Positions 41,034-54,600 of a stretch of DNA of 64,000 bases are shown in pieces. The translations under genes were made by a program, and so were the position numbers. The stretch lies in the NCBI RefSeq assembly GCF_000150275.1, contig NW_002060950.1, positions 2,406,106-2,470,105 on the forward strand, written 5' to 3'. Position 1 is the first letter of the stretch. Each line of letters begins with the position of its first letter. The notes below the pieces were generated by a model that saw nothing but the letters and a program-made list of their open reading frames with translations, made no database searches and was not told the origin of the DNA. Source of the stretch: Trichoplax adhaerens (taxonomy: Eukaryota > Animalia > Placozoa).

Positions 41034-41540
41034 AAGAAACAACGCTGGCTGGCTGACCTAGTACTGTAGAAGTTGCGCGAAAAAAAATCACTATGACACT
41101 GTACAGTACCATGGACTACTCATACTACATTACTGTTCATATCCAGTAAAATACAAGAAATGCTTGCCATTTCTTCTCGGCACTGCCGGTCTGGAACTAT
41201 TTTTGTACAGTATACAGTTTGACATATTTACATTTTGGACAGTAATACAGTACTGTTCCTATCCAGTAAAAGAGAAGAAATGCTTGCCATTTCTGTACTG
41301 TACTGCCGGTCTGGAACTATTTTTGTATACAGTATGCCATATTTACAATTTGTACAGTACAGTACAGTATAGAAGATAACTCGACGCACGTAAAAGAAAG
41401 AAAGAACGCTGGCTGGCCTGGTAGAAGTTGCAGAAAAAAATCACTATGACACTGTCCTGTACCATGGACTACTCATACTACAGTACTGTTTATATCCAGT
41501 AAAAGACAAGAAATGCTTGCTATTTCCGCACTGTACTGTA
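41034..41540. repeat. Nested local duplication (~360-bp period with internal ~120-bp period)
   Basis: aacgctggctggc...gtagaagttgc...aaaaatcactatgacactgt...taccatggactactcatactaca occurs at ~41041 and ~41405. tactgtt..tatccagtaaaa...aagaaatgcttgc occurs at 41131, 41251 and ~41484. Confidence 0.85.
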
Positions 41541-42764
41541 TCCCTATCATTTTTCTGGTCTTGCGACAGTAGACACTCGACACTGGACAGTATTGAAGAA
41601 GACCAACACCGTTTTTACCTCCATGCTAATCATTCATGGACGGACAGACCCTTTTCGGACTGGTCTCGTCAAAACACTGTTTCAAACACTTTATTAGAAC
41701 ACCACTTTAGTATGCAAACAGTCCGTTTTCAAGAAACTGCATTTTTTCTTCAATTCAGTAATATTAGGTTGAATCGAATTATTCGTCACTATGTAGTAAG
41801 TTCTGCTTGCAATCAGCTATATAAGATCATAGATGCCATTTAAATGAATACCAGTGATTTCGAAAACAGCCACAGAAGATCCATACTAATAGTCAGTAGA
41901 CTCAGTACCGTATGCAGTTTTCTGAGTACCGTAAAATATTGATTGGTAGTTTCCCCAATTATTATTTGGTGTCAAAGTTGTATTCAGTCGACCAGAGTGC
42001 AAAGAAAGTAGAATCCAAGTTTATTGGAAGTTTAGCAGCTTGATTTCTACACATTTCATTTCATTACACAATATACTGTACCCAAGTCACCGTCCTCACA
42101 ATCAATGTGAGCTTGTCCATGAAGAAATGGCATTGTTACTAGAAAATAGACTCATATACTGTACTGTACAGTATATAAATACATATTTGTTAACGACACC
42201 TTAACATACAGACTGTACTGTAGGTGCAGTATACTGTACAGTATGATGGATATATTGACATACTGTACAGCATACGTACTGTATAATGTGCAGTAGCAAT
42301 GATGAAAAAGGCTATAATGATCTTTGAAGATCATTTGCAGCAGCTACTTTAACAAATAAGACTTTTATCGTACAATCTAACTCCTTCCATGCATAATGTT
42401 ATGTACAGTACAGTACAGTAAGACTCAAGGCGTAGTCTTAACGAATGCTCAAATCGCTCCTTACGTCTACGAGTATTTATTAACTATTTAACTGTAACCC
42501 AAGTTACCTAACAAAAGCAAAAGTACAGTATGGCGCTCATCACGTACATCGAATCAACATAAAACATACCGAATTCATGTAATCGTGCTTGCCCAGCCCC
42601 TAATCTATTGTTAACAACTCTAGATTGACATCAAATATCCCCTGATGCGGAGGTTGACCAACATCTCTCATTATATACCTCTGAGTGATGAAGTGGCGTC
42701 GACTTTTTATACAATTTCAGTTTGTTAAATCAGAAATTAGTTATGTCACTATGTGAACTGCACT

Positions 42765-42970
42765 GGACTGATATTGCCTATAAAATCAGTAAGAGAGATG
42801 AAATAGGATTGATATTGCCTATAAAATCAATAAGAGAGATGAGATAGGATTGATATTGCCTATAAAATCAAGAAGAGAGATGAAATTGGACTGATATTGC
42901 CTATAAAATCAATAAGAGAGATGAAATTGGATTGATATTGCCTATAAAACCAATAAGAGATGAAATTGGC
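42765..42970. repeat. Minisatellite, 5 x 41 bp
   Basis: Unit ggaYtgatattgcctataaaatcaataagagagatgaaatW starts at 42765, 42806, 42847, 42888 and 42929. Confidence 0.95.
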
Positions 42971-43773
42971 ATTAAAAGTAGAAAAAATTTTTGGCATAGC
43001 TATGCAAATGATCTGTGCGCTATTTTAAGGCGAGTACGTGAGCATCCTCTTGTGAAATTATGCATCATCCTTAAAATCAGAATTCCATAGTTTGCCATGT
43101 GCCAAATCGAAAAAAAAAATAACTCTTGAGAGCGATGTACTATACCACTCATTTTTGACATTCACTATAATATACTGTTGTGAACTATGAAGCCCTGAAG
43201 GGCACATTGAGAGCAATGGATTGGACTGTGCTTTATTGATCAAGCAATATTTTCAACATGTTATTTTCATTCATTCTTGATTTCATTAACTCACTATCAA
43301 TTGCTTCTATATTTAATTAATTATAATTACTAAGATACATCGCAACAGATTTCTACATCTCTAATAGCACCTTATAAAGAGTACAGTATGGGAATGCACT
43401 ATCTTTCCATGTCATTGCGTTGGATTAATTATGAATACAATGCTAGTAATTCTTAGCACCATATTTATTTTATTGGATGAAACAATGCACTGGGATAAAT
43501 ATGGAATGGCCAGCCGTAAACATCAACAATAACGTATCTTTCGCTTTTAGCACTTCATGTTTACGGTGTACGTGACTCTTATCACGTTCAAACATAACTT
43601 GATTTGATTGATCATCAGGTATATAAATATCCACCAACGAATGCTATTTCGCTTTCCATTACAAAATTCAACGTGTATACCGGCCTAGGAAATTGAATAT
43701 TGGCAATTTCGCTTGATATTAGTATTTCGATCAAGAATTGATATACAATTCCTTCAATACTCTACAATAAGAA

Positions 43774-46168
43774 ATGGCAACGGGAGCTGTTCGTGTTATT
43801 CACCATTTAAAAAAGCATTATCAGGTAAGCTCCATGTCTGACATGACGATCATTTAGAATATAGTAGACGAGTGACTAAAACGTTGCTTTACAATTCGAG
43901 TTTTGACTGCTATTATTCCCTAATTGAATCAGTCCTATTACTACTGCTTACACTCCATTGAGATAGTGGATTAGTTGCATTTCACGGACCCGTTCAGGAT
44001 AATGTATACTGTTTAGGATATGTATATAAATGTATACGTGTATACTCGGTATACTTTTGCATGATAGAATTTTCATGGCTAATGAATACCTTCAATTTTA
44101 TGATAGCTGTCATACTTTCCGATTCAAGGTTTAGATTTTGTATAGAATAATGAAGTAGTCAAACCGAAAACATTGTGAAAATTTATAGCTTATTTCAACA
44201 TACAAACAATACTATACAGTACTCGAATATACCGCAACTATGCGCGTATCCTATTTTGCTAATATGCTTCAACTACCGTAGACTGACTAACGCAAGAATT
44301 ATGTACAGTACTGTAGATCAAATAAGTGCTTATCGCCAGTTATTGGAAAATCCACTTGAACAGTCTGAAGAAAGCAATTATTATATCCTCGAAAAGAGTA
44401 TTTGAAATGATTTATAGTTCATTTGTAAGTAAATTTTTCTCGTATATTAACTTGGCTAAAGAGCAATTTTAAAGTCAAAATTATGTTACTACGTTGTATA
44501 AATAAAACGCGCAAAATAACGCAACCATAATGATCTAGCCGTACTTTATCGATCCGAAAAGGCGAATTGATAGTTAGCGTAACACTTCTAACGTACGAAT
44601 CCGATGATAAAAATGTTAAAACTCACACGACATTTTAAATTAAAATTTACCCATGCTATTCTATTACAATTATTGATGTAATTTAATAAAATTCTAATAT
44701 TAGATTAAATGAGTATATAGTACTGTATGAGCGGCAGGGCTGGATGCCCTTCTAATTACTGTAAAGTTGATAGCATAACGTTGAATGTCTCCGACAAAGG
44801 ACATTATACTGTACAGCTGCTGTATAGTCCTATCTTTGCTTCTCAATATCCTTTATCTGTTAATAACATAATACTATCGGAAAAAAGAGACTACCATATT
44901 TTAATAAGAAATACAGTACTGTACAATGTACATGCGCTGATTGATTGCAGTACTCATGATTTGTTACTATAATCTCTACGTCTGGAGAAAGAAATTTTCG
45001 TAGAACATGGGTAATATTTTAATTGAAAGTAAATGATACATACGAGAATAGCTCTTAATAATAGCAGTTAGCTCATGATAAAGGATGATAATGTATTCAC
45101 AATTTAAAGATAGCATCGAAGGGCAATTACTGTACGTGATCACAATCAGGCATTACCCCACGCCTTGCATAGAATTTGCATATAAAATGAATCATTATTT
45201 GCTATTGCAGTATCTTTGCTACTGTAGAAAATTCCCGACTGTCACAGTGGACTCAGCTACATAAAATTTCTTCCAATATCTTGCTTATTAGCAATTTAGA
45301 TACATAATTTCTAAATGGGAAGGCTTAAGAATGGAAAACAAAATTGCAAGAATTAATGTATTTTATTGTCCTTGTTACAAACCCGCTATTAAAGAAATTC
45401 TCGAAAACAATAAGAGATTTTGAGTAGTCACTATTAATTATACGATACCATGAATATCATAGTATATGCCACACGTGCCGACTGGTTTTAGGTTAGGGTT
45501 TGGTGTTGAATCTCAACTTAATATCATTTCATACTGCCCCCTATAATAAACCTTTGGGGATGGATCAAATCGACGTATAGTATTTGTTGGATCAGGCCTA
45601 AAATAAAGATGGCTACTAAATAAAACCAGTAGATTGAGAATGATTAACGTGTAGCGGCTGAAATTGAACTTTTGCTAATTTCGTTTTATTATTTACTTAC
45701 ATTTCTGTATGCATTTGTTCGTAACGCCAGGTACTTCCACTTGTTGGCTGTGTAAATTTTGCTCTTGGTATTGCATGCTATTCCATGTATTGGGGCTTCA
45801 AAAAGCCAGACGTTGGGTATGTCGGATTGCATTATTGTAACTCAAACTAGCCCAATTACATATAATATTCAATAAAATATGTTGAAATGTACCAGTTATT
45901 CATATTCTGTCTATAATTTATAATATTTCTTCATTACTATAGTGTCCGACGTTGGAAATATGACGTACCATGGGATGCAGTTGGCGACCATGAACAATCT
46001 AAGGTACTATTAGCTACGACATCACTGATTTTTACTTTCTATGATTGGAGATAAATATCTGCCACTACTAATATTGACGCTATTGAACGACAGATCTTTA
46101 GCCCCAATGTTGATTACAACAGCCTTCCACGCCGTGTAAAAATCGAGGACGTTATCAATTTACCTTAA
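43774..46168 (+). CDS. NDUFA4: NDUFA4/COXFA4 (MLRQ, B12D)-family cytochrome c oxidase-associated micro-protein, 4 exons, 90 aa (not in ORF track)
   Basis: Exons 43774-43824, 45731-45816, 45943-46003, 46094-46168 (273 nt, GT-AG) give MATGAVRVIHHLKKHYQVLPLVGCVNFALGIACYSMYWGFKKPDVGVRRWKYDVPWDAVGDHEQSKIFSPNVDYNSLPRRVKIEDVINLP. It shows the family pattern KKH..L.PL, one TM helix, PDV, PW and K..S.NVDY. Confidence 0.85.
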
Positions 46169-48373
46169 GCTGCTACTACTTTGTAAATACGAGATTCTGA
46201 AATATGTCTGACAGACAAGCAATGACACTGTTGTGTTTAAATTATCTATCACCCTCACTTTTAATATTTAATGTTATTTGAAAGTGTAAGTCTATAATAA
46301 TTGAATTAAGATTATATCTGCTTGTCTAACGATATGTTTCCGTAAGTTGTTTAGTTTTAATGGCTTAATCATACGTTTCTCAGATTCCATAACAATTTAT
46401 TGTCAATAGTAAATCAGAGTTTTTGTGACTATGGTATGTGTGTAAAATATTGAAAATATTTGCAATTTTCTACGTAACTCTGTTAATAAAGTAACAAAAT
46501 CTTGACCATTTAACTTGGACAAAGATTGCGTTGTACATTTGAAGATAGTATGTCTTGCTTTACGATTTTCAAAAATAATGGATTTCTTTATATTCTAGTT
46601 CATCATTAGATCTATTTGTGTGAATCGTAATTCAGGATATAGTGTAATTTGTTAGGAATCACGGAGGAAATTATTAATCGACTATTAGCTGTAGCGCGGC
46701 CTGTGAGGACACTATGTAACTCAGTTTTGATTAATATAAACATCTCACTGGTCAGAATTGCAAAATAATGTAAGTCGATGCGCATCCTATTGTTTATAAA
46801 GAGCAGCTAAGAGATGTGTTTAATGCCTATAGCAAATATATTAGTAACGGATTCAGAATGGATAGATTGTTATATATCACGAATAAAAACTAATTGTAAA
46901 GATTTCGGTTGAATTTCTGGCTTGCGAAAAAGTGAATGCAGACTTGATTATACTGCATATTACGTAATGTAGACTGTATGCAATCTCCTAATATTGTCAT
47001 AAGTAATTGCCTCTCTTCACTCAATGCTCATTAAAAACGCTTTCAGTAGCTGGCGTGTCAGGAATGATGATCACTACCGTTCAGGATTACATTAAAACAG
47101 GGCTAGCGATAGTCTGGGTCTACAATACTGTATATCCACGGAAATAAATAATTTAAAGCAGCGATTTTGACGCTTATATCAAATTTTGCAGAAAGTGTAA
47201 CTACTGTATAAATTCAAGTGTTATCGAATACTACACCTTACCATATTATATCAATTAACCCAGCACGCTATGCCTTACAAATTATAACATTACCTTGCAT
47301 TTTTTACTCAAAACAGTCAGTAGAAATTGACCAATGGAAGGTATAAAAGCAAACTAAAATTACTCGGTGAATATCGTGGGATTAATACAGCAAAATCTTA
47401 AAGTGGGTCATAGTATTTTTACTCCTAAATGATATTCATTTTCGGATCAGACATTGAGAAATAGGTGTAGTGATATATCGAACTGAATCAATTAAGATAA
47501 TAGTCTATTGAATAATTTAATTAAGTGCTTCGAGTCTTAAATCCGTGCCTACTTGCAATTTTATATGAAATCTTGCTTAAAATATTCGGAAGTAAAAAAT
47601 TTTAGCACGACTCTAGATTCTATTTAAAAAAATTTGCTTTTATTATATCATTCCAAAGGAGAATAATAACCGTAAATAAAGATCAAACTCGTTCATTGCT
47701 ATTATAGTACAGTCCAAAACGAACCATTTGTTCGTTAATAAAAACCAGCAATATACGATTATATGCTACATAATTTCAGAATGTGGCTATCTGTCGATAT
47801 GCTGACTATTTATTTCAGCATTTAAATTACAATACAATAATAGCAAATATGCCTATTTTCTGCATCTTTAGTAAAGCGATTGTATTAAAGATACGAGTAT
47901 GCCGCTACATAAAATGACAACTTGTAATTGCAGTACTTTATAAAAGTAATACTTGAATTCTTGAGAAATAGTTGAATGAATTATAAATTTTAGTTGATTA
48001 CGCTAATAATCATAATAAACGATGTGATAGCAATTAAAACGATATGTATAAAATTTGATTAACGTATTTTATGTCAATATTTCAAAAACGCTATATTTTC
48101 AATATATTATTTACATACAGAATAGATAATCATGTGTGCCTTGAACACGCATTAATTTAATACGACGGAATAAGTACTTCAAATGATCAGCTATTGATGC
48201 TGTATATCTGTAAATATAGTCTATTTATTTCGTCTTAACATACAGTCACAGAAAGACAGTCAACTCTCATTCGTCAAGCAATGTAGATTACGACTAATAA
48301 TTTTAATATATGGCTCTGATAGTCATAAATAGTTTAGAGGAATCAAAGAAAGCTAATATTATTGTTATCGCAA

Positions 48374-50245
48374 TTATCTCGCATTCATCAATGATTTTGT
48401 TTTATTTTTTAGCTGACGATAGCGCAATGATTCATGATTTCCATTAGTATTTTTAGGTTGAGCCAAGCGACTAAATATAGATCTCGGGCCATTACGTTTT
48501 TTAAGTTCTTCTTTTACTCTAGCCTTTTCTTCTTCTTGATTCTTACGGATTCTTTCCATTTCTTCATCACTATCGGGATGAACAACGACAATACAAGTTG
48601 CTTTTGAAACAACTTTATTTTTGCGTCTTCGCTCTCGAGCTATATTTTCGATCAACCTTTCACGTTGATAAGCTAATGCTTCTTTTTGTTTAGCTAATCT
48701 CTTGGTATGTTTAGTTACGAAAGCTCTACCACTTGAAATTGAATCAGTAGTTTCGGCAGCAGTTGCATCAATTTGTTCTAACGCTTTATCAAGCATCAAT
48801 AAATTTAATGATGAAATCTGGTCAGTACTTTCTTGACGATTTCGTTGAGGGTTAGGTCCAAACATGTAAGGTTTCATTGAAAATTGCTTCTTTTCCATCC
48901 AGTCGTGAAATGCCAGGCTACCATAAAATTTTCGTTCCTTCTCTTCATCTTGTTCAGCTTTCATTTGACCTTGCCTTTCTAATGATATAATTTTATTAGT
49001 AAATTGATTTTCTTTTATAGTTTCTTTTTTATCAATTTTCCATTGCGCTTGATTCAGAATGCGCATGCATTCACGATGACTCCATAAGCGTGCTAAAAAT
49101 GCTGGCGTATGTCCTCGCTCATCAGGTTGTGTAACTATGGCATTCACTGCAATCAGTTCTTTTAAACAATCAACACTGCCACAAATTGCTGCCATATGTG
49201 CTGGAGTTAAGCCGTCGCGATTAGTTCTAAAGACAGTAGCCAATAGAGATCAGACTTAATTCATGTGCACACGTACAGTATTATGATATCAACAGAATAG
49301 ATGGAGACATTGAGAAATGCGAAGGCAAAGATGTTGCTTAAATAAAAAGCTATCACCATATTGAGACTAAATTAATCGTTATAGTATACATTTACATTCA
49401 ACTAGCACGATTGAAATTAAAAATAATCAAAATTGTTTAGTTGTTATACCGCATATACATCAAATGTACGTATAATAGATAAGAAAACAAGAAACGATAT
49501 AACTTACTTAGAAGGATCAGCGCCTGCACGTAAAAGGTATTGAACACATTCCAAACTACGATTTGAGTTATCATTATTAATCGCAAGATGCAATGGTGTC
49601 CATCCAGCAACATTAGAGGTATTTGGATCTATCTTTTGCTTTTCAACAAGAAGCATGAGACAATCAAGACGACCATGCAACGCTGCTAAATGAATTGCGG
49701 ACAATCCCTAATAGCGATTTAACAGGAAATTAGCTATAAAATTTAAGCAATAACCTCAGGAATAGTGTAAAAAGTAATAGTAACCGCAACCTATATGATA
49801 TTACTTTGTCGGTCGTTGAAGACTACGGTGGAATTTATCAGATCGGATTAATTATCAATTATTACACAGCGTTATTTATAACATGCAGTACGCCATTTCC
49901 CGAAACCGAAGTTACAATCATTTTTATCCACATACTATACTCTACATCTATAGCGGATGCAGTTAGTGATACAATTAGATTTCATTGTAAGCTAAGAAAA
50001 TACAGGTTACATAGATTATTAGCATTGATAAGTCAATAAGTTTATAGTTCACGGTAGTTTAGTTATTCTATCTTGACATGGAATACCTCTTTATCAGTTT
50101 GATGAACTGGTCTTCGTTGGCGTATACTCTGGTGCAACCACGCCATATCACCTACTGTGCAGGCCATTAATGTATCTTGATCCTGTACTGTGTTGGTCTT
50201 TTTAATTCTCATTCGTGGCTTTGCTAAATTCGAATTTTCATCCAT
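48374..50245 (-). CDS. ANKRD53: Ankyrin repeat domain-containing protein 53-like, 3 exons, 403 aa
   Basis: Exons 50087-50245, 49508-49707, 48374-49226 splice in frame. Ankyrin repeats (GLSAIHLAALHGRLDCL, GWTPLHLAI, GLTPAHMAA, GHTPAFLA) are followed by LWSHRECMRILNQAQWKIDKKE, resembling ANKRD53 IWNHRAC.RFL..AMWKKDKKD. Confidence 0.8.
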
Positions 50246-50549
50246 GCCTAGTATTCTTATAATCCGGGAAGTTGTAAATCACTTAATACGATTATAAAAG
50301 GATATTTTTCTAGAATTTGTATGGAGGCAGGTAAAAGGAAATAATGGATAAGATTTTATCTGATATTGCAGATCAGAATAAAATATACTACATTATGGAA
50401 AAATATCTGCCAGTCATAAAAATAAGGCATACGAGGCTTTGAAAGCTTGACTTCAATGTACCGTTGACAAAATGCTGGAATAATGTTGGTGAAACTATTG
50501 GATATTGGCAATGTATAACGTATTGGTAGCTGTATAAAACTGCGGGCTA

Positions 50550-51480
50550 CTGATCTGTAAACAGTACGTTCAGCAGAGACTGAGAGTCTCCGGAAATGAG
50601 TAAAATTGAATATACAAGTTACTAACTTATGTGAGGAACTCTATCGCACCAAATTGCTAACCAATTTCCCAGTCAATATTTTATGCCGGTTTTGTTGCTA
50701 AGTTACGCACGCCATGCTACAGTATATCTTATACTATTTTATCTCAACTTCTACAGTGTACTGTACTGTACACTGTACAGCCTGAACTGTACGATAACGG
50801 TACAGTACTGTACGTACTGTATGTCTGTGCTGTCTGTCTGTACGGTATCTTCTTATTTACTTACTGTCACACAGGACTGTATAGTGTCTGTCTGTCTTTC
50901 CACGCCTGCTTCCAGAGTTACAGTACTGTACAGTACTGTTAATTGACAGTCCTGACTTATTACTTCTTCGGACAGACGGACATCTTCCACCAAATGATGC
51001 TGTCAATATCGAAGAACGATTACTTAGTAGGAATCTTCCGTGTCTGTTTTCTAATAAATCACTGCTACTAATTTAAATAACATGGACGATCTTATATAGC
51101 TATTTCAAAGCAGAACTTGAGGAGTACACTAAGTACTGCCATGATACTGCACATTGTACTGTGCAGTCTGTAGCCCCCAATGCACTACTCTAAGTACTGT
51201 CATAACGGAGTGTATGGACATTATTTTAAGGCGATGAGGAGAAATTCTGTCCGTCCGAGAGGGATCAGCCCAGGTCTGATACTGTACAAAAGCGTGCAGC
51301 AGGACTACTGTAACAGTACTAGGAGTCCATAGTAAAACCAAGCAAGTAGCGAATTTGGAGGCCAATAGATGACAGACAGTATAGTGTATCGTTTCAGGTA
51401 TACGATTCAGCTGAGATGACCAGCGTCGCGGTATAGTACTGTTCTACTGGAGTAGAATGGTCGAGCTCGTTTTTATCCCC
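50550..51480. promoter_or_regulatory. Divergent ANKRD53/LRR-gene 5' region with ACAGT/TACTG clusters
   Basis: ctacagtgtactgtactgtacactgtacag (50751), gtacagtactgtacgtactgta (50800), tacagtactgtacagtactgt (50919), and CGGAC/GTCCG motifs at 50969 and 51248. Confidence 0.55.
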
Positions 51481-51682
51481 TAGGCAACCATGCCAGACGG
51501 GATGTGCACTGGGCAAAAAGAATTGACTCAGCAAATTCGAATGGAATATATTCATTAATTGGATCTTATTATTGATGTTATGGATGGCCTATGGTTAGCA
51601 TGAATTAATAGCAGATTCTTTCTAATTTCAATAATTGATTATCCGGCAATACTATAGAAGAGCATTCGCAATCTTGCCCGTC

Positions 51683-54600
51683 ATGAATCGCAATGGAAAG
51701 GAATTGGGCTTCAGCCTCAAAGAAATCTGCCTCAAGGTCATTGCAGATCATATTGATGAATGGTTTTGCTCGTCGATATCGGAGTTAACATTAAAAAATT
51801 CAATGTATGTTCTTGGTCCATTCGAATGCCTCGGTAAGTTATTAAGGAGCCTACGAATTGAATTGCAGCAATCCTATTCTTAAGGGCTGGATTGCAGATG
51901 GAGCAACAACACATTTCTGTGTCGCTATTCTACACGCCTTCGCTTCGAAGCACTACATGCAGGCATGCAGTAATCCTATTCTTAAGGGCTGGATTGTAGA
52001 TTGAGCAAGAACACATTTCTGTGTCGCTATTCTACCATCTTCGCTTTGAAGCACTACATACAGTAGTCCTATTCTTAAGGGCTGGATTGTAGATTGAGCA
52101 AGAACACATTTCTGTGTCGTTATTCTGCACATCTTCGCTTTGAAGCACTACATACAGTAGTCCTATTCTTAAGGGCTGGATTGCAAATTGAGCAACAACA
52201 CATTTCTGTGTCGCTATTCTACACGTCTTCGCTTCGAAGCACTACATGCAGTAATCCTATTCTTAAGGGTTGGATTGTAGATTGAGCAACAATACATTTC
52301 TGTGTCGCTATTCTACCATCTTCGCTTTGCGCTTTGAAGCACTACATACAGTAATCCTATTCTTAAGGGCTGGATTGCAATTGAGCAAGAACACATTTCT
52401 GTGTCGTTATTCTACACATCTTCGCTTTGAAGCACTACATACAGTAGTCCTATTCTTAAGGGCTGGATTGCAAATTGAGCAAGAACACATTTCTGTGTCG
52501 CTATTCTACACGTCTTCGCTTCGAAGCACTACATGCAGTAATCATATTCTTAAGGGCTGGATTGCAAATTGAGCAACAACACATTTCTGTGTCGCTATTC
52601 TACATGTCTTAGCTTCGAAGCAGTACATGCTCACAGAGCAGATTAACTAATACCACAATAGTGGATTGATCGACTATGATATGATATAATGCAAGCAAAG
52701 GTATTCAGCCTTTCTGATATCAGTGCAGACTACCAGCATAGGAATATCCGTGCTATCGAACCGTGTAGCTGCACACTCATTGTGTAGAATATAAGCCCAT
52801 GATCAATTCGAGAGCGATCGAACTGTATCAATTTTAAAGGGACACAGCTAACTGGAGATAACCATCAATTCTACACCAGTAACATATCCCATATCTTTGA
52901 CATACATCATCAGCATCATTGTAATGTTGCTACCGCCAACAGCAAAGTTTAAGAATTTGAAACTGCAACCGGTGGTTCTAACACAGTTCAACTCCAGTCC
53001 GGCTTTGAGCCGAATTGCTGTGATAGCTAATTATATGATCGGTTAGTCCTAGCTTATCACTGTACAGTGTACAGTATTAAGTTAATGCTAACAGCTTGTA
53101 ATAAGCCATCGAGGATCTTGAAAAGCCTGAACTTACGTCAGTATTATTACGGTATAAGTAAGTATACGCGTACAGTAATTGCGAATCGAACTAGATCATA
53201 GTTGTAGATAACATTAATCATTAGTCTCCAAAATACCTTGTTCGCAACATACCCAACGAGCTACAGCCACTCTATCCCCCTGGACTGGATATACTTACTT
53301 TTTGTATAGTTGATGTGAACTAAAATAATAAATTTTAGCGATAAGATCGTTGTAGGCCTTCTAAATTAAATATCAGCGTCAAACAGGTAATATTGTTTGA
53401 TGACCGTTATTATACGCGTAGATTGTTATGCTGCCAGAAAATATCATAATGTTCCATGTTTTGTCCTGTCGATGTGATGGAAACAATTTACCTTTGTCAT
53501 ATCTACTTTATAGATTCCGAATCAACTCAGCAATTAATCAACTTATTAAGTATGAAGAAGAAACTTAAAGTAATGCACCTGCACCTACTGTTGCATTCAC
53601 GATTGGAAGCAATCGATTTTACCGTGCCGTGCGCTTTCATGAATGATATCTTTATTAAAAAGCTCGAATATCGATGTCCGGTAAGCAATATAACAACTAT
53701 GAAACTTTATATTAACGATACATGGGTGTCACTTTCGTTCGGTCTTGCAGTATGTAGCTACCTTAATTGTCAGAAATGTCTCCATGACAAGGGTCTTACT
53801 GACATGCCAACCAAGTAGCTGTTATAATTGTTGAATATTACGTTAGATAAACTGTGTCACAGACTTCAATAGCTGGAACTTACGCTTGACTGAATTAAGT
53901 AACTTCGATGGCCAAATATCTATTAGCTAAGAGTGAAGTATATCTTCATCGGCAGCCTTGTAATAATTGCAGCTAATTACAGTGATTGTCTGTTTTAAAG
54001 AATGATAGTAATATGAAGTTAAGCACCATGTGATGTACAATGGTTAATTGTGCTTAATAAAACAGTATACTAGTGCCATTGGAATTAAGATCCATTCGTT
54101 GCAGGCTTTAAATCGATTAAAATTATCTAATAAGACCTACCGTAATAATGAAAAAAATGATGAGGTGCTCTAGCTGCAACTAATACCACATTCAATTAAT
54201 GTAGCTTGCAAGTGAAAACGCCTATCTTTGCTTCAATCTTAATATATCTACTTAGAAAAGTAGCATAAGAAAAGTATAACACTGAGAGAGCAATTGATGG
54301 TACTTAGACCAATCAAACTATCGAAAAATAGATTTGGAATCAATTAGAATTAGTAAGCAAGCGGAGTATATCACTCTGATGTAACTACTCGATAAATGTT
54401 TAATTGAACCATCTCAACTTACTACTTTTTATATATTTCACAGAGCGATTAGTGGTATCATGCATTCAGAATTATATTTTTATGCTACTCTAAAGTAATT
54501 CTAATTAATTAATCCATTACAACTAATCACACAAATTGAAATAGATTATGCCTTGCTTTTCCTTTCTAAAGTAACCTAGCAATCTCATTTTAAGTAATCT

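Larger units (their letters stand above)
40380..42560. promoter_or_regulatory. Divergent CCDC186/NDUFA4-like 5' region with dense ACAGT/TACTG clusters
   Basis: Clusters such as tacagtatactgtacactgtacagtacag (~40704), gtacagtacagtacagta (~41352), 42156-42285 and 42402-42420 lie between head-to-head genes. Function is inferred. Confidence 0.55.

Noticed and set aside
45484-45503. Telomere-like ttaggttagggttt
   Set aside because: Only one true TTAGGG; compatible with chance.
52094-52572. ORFs 52094-52285 and 52270-52572
   Set aside because: Translations of the 94-bp tandem repeat; unit lengths mostly break the frame.
51865-52630. CRISPR-like array
   Set aside because: The entire unit is repeated with no unique spacers, there are no cas genes, and it lies in a eukaryotic intron.
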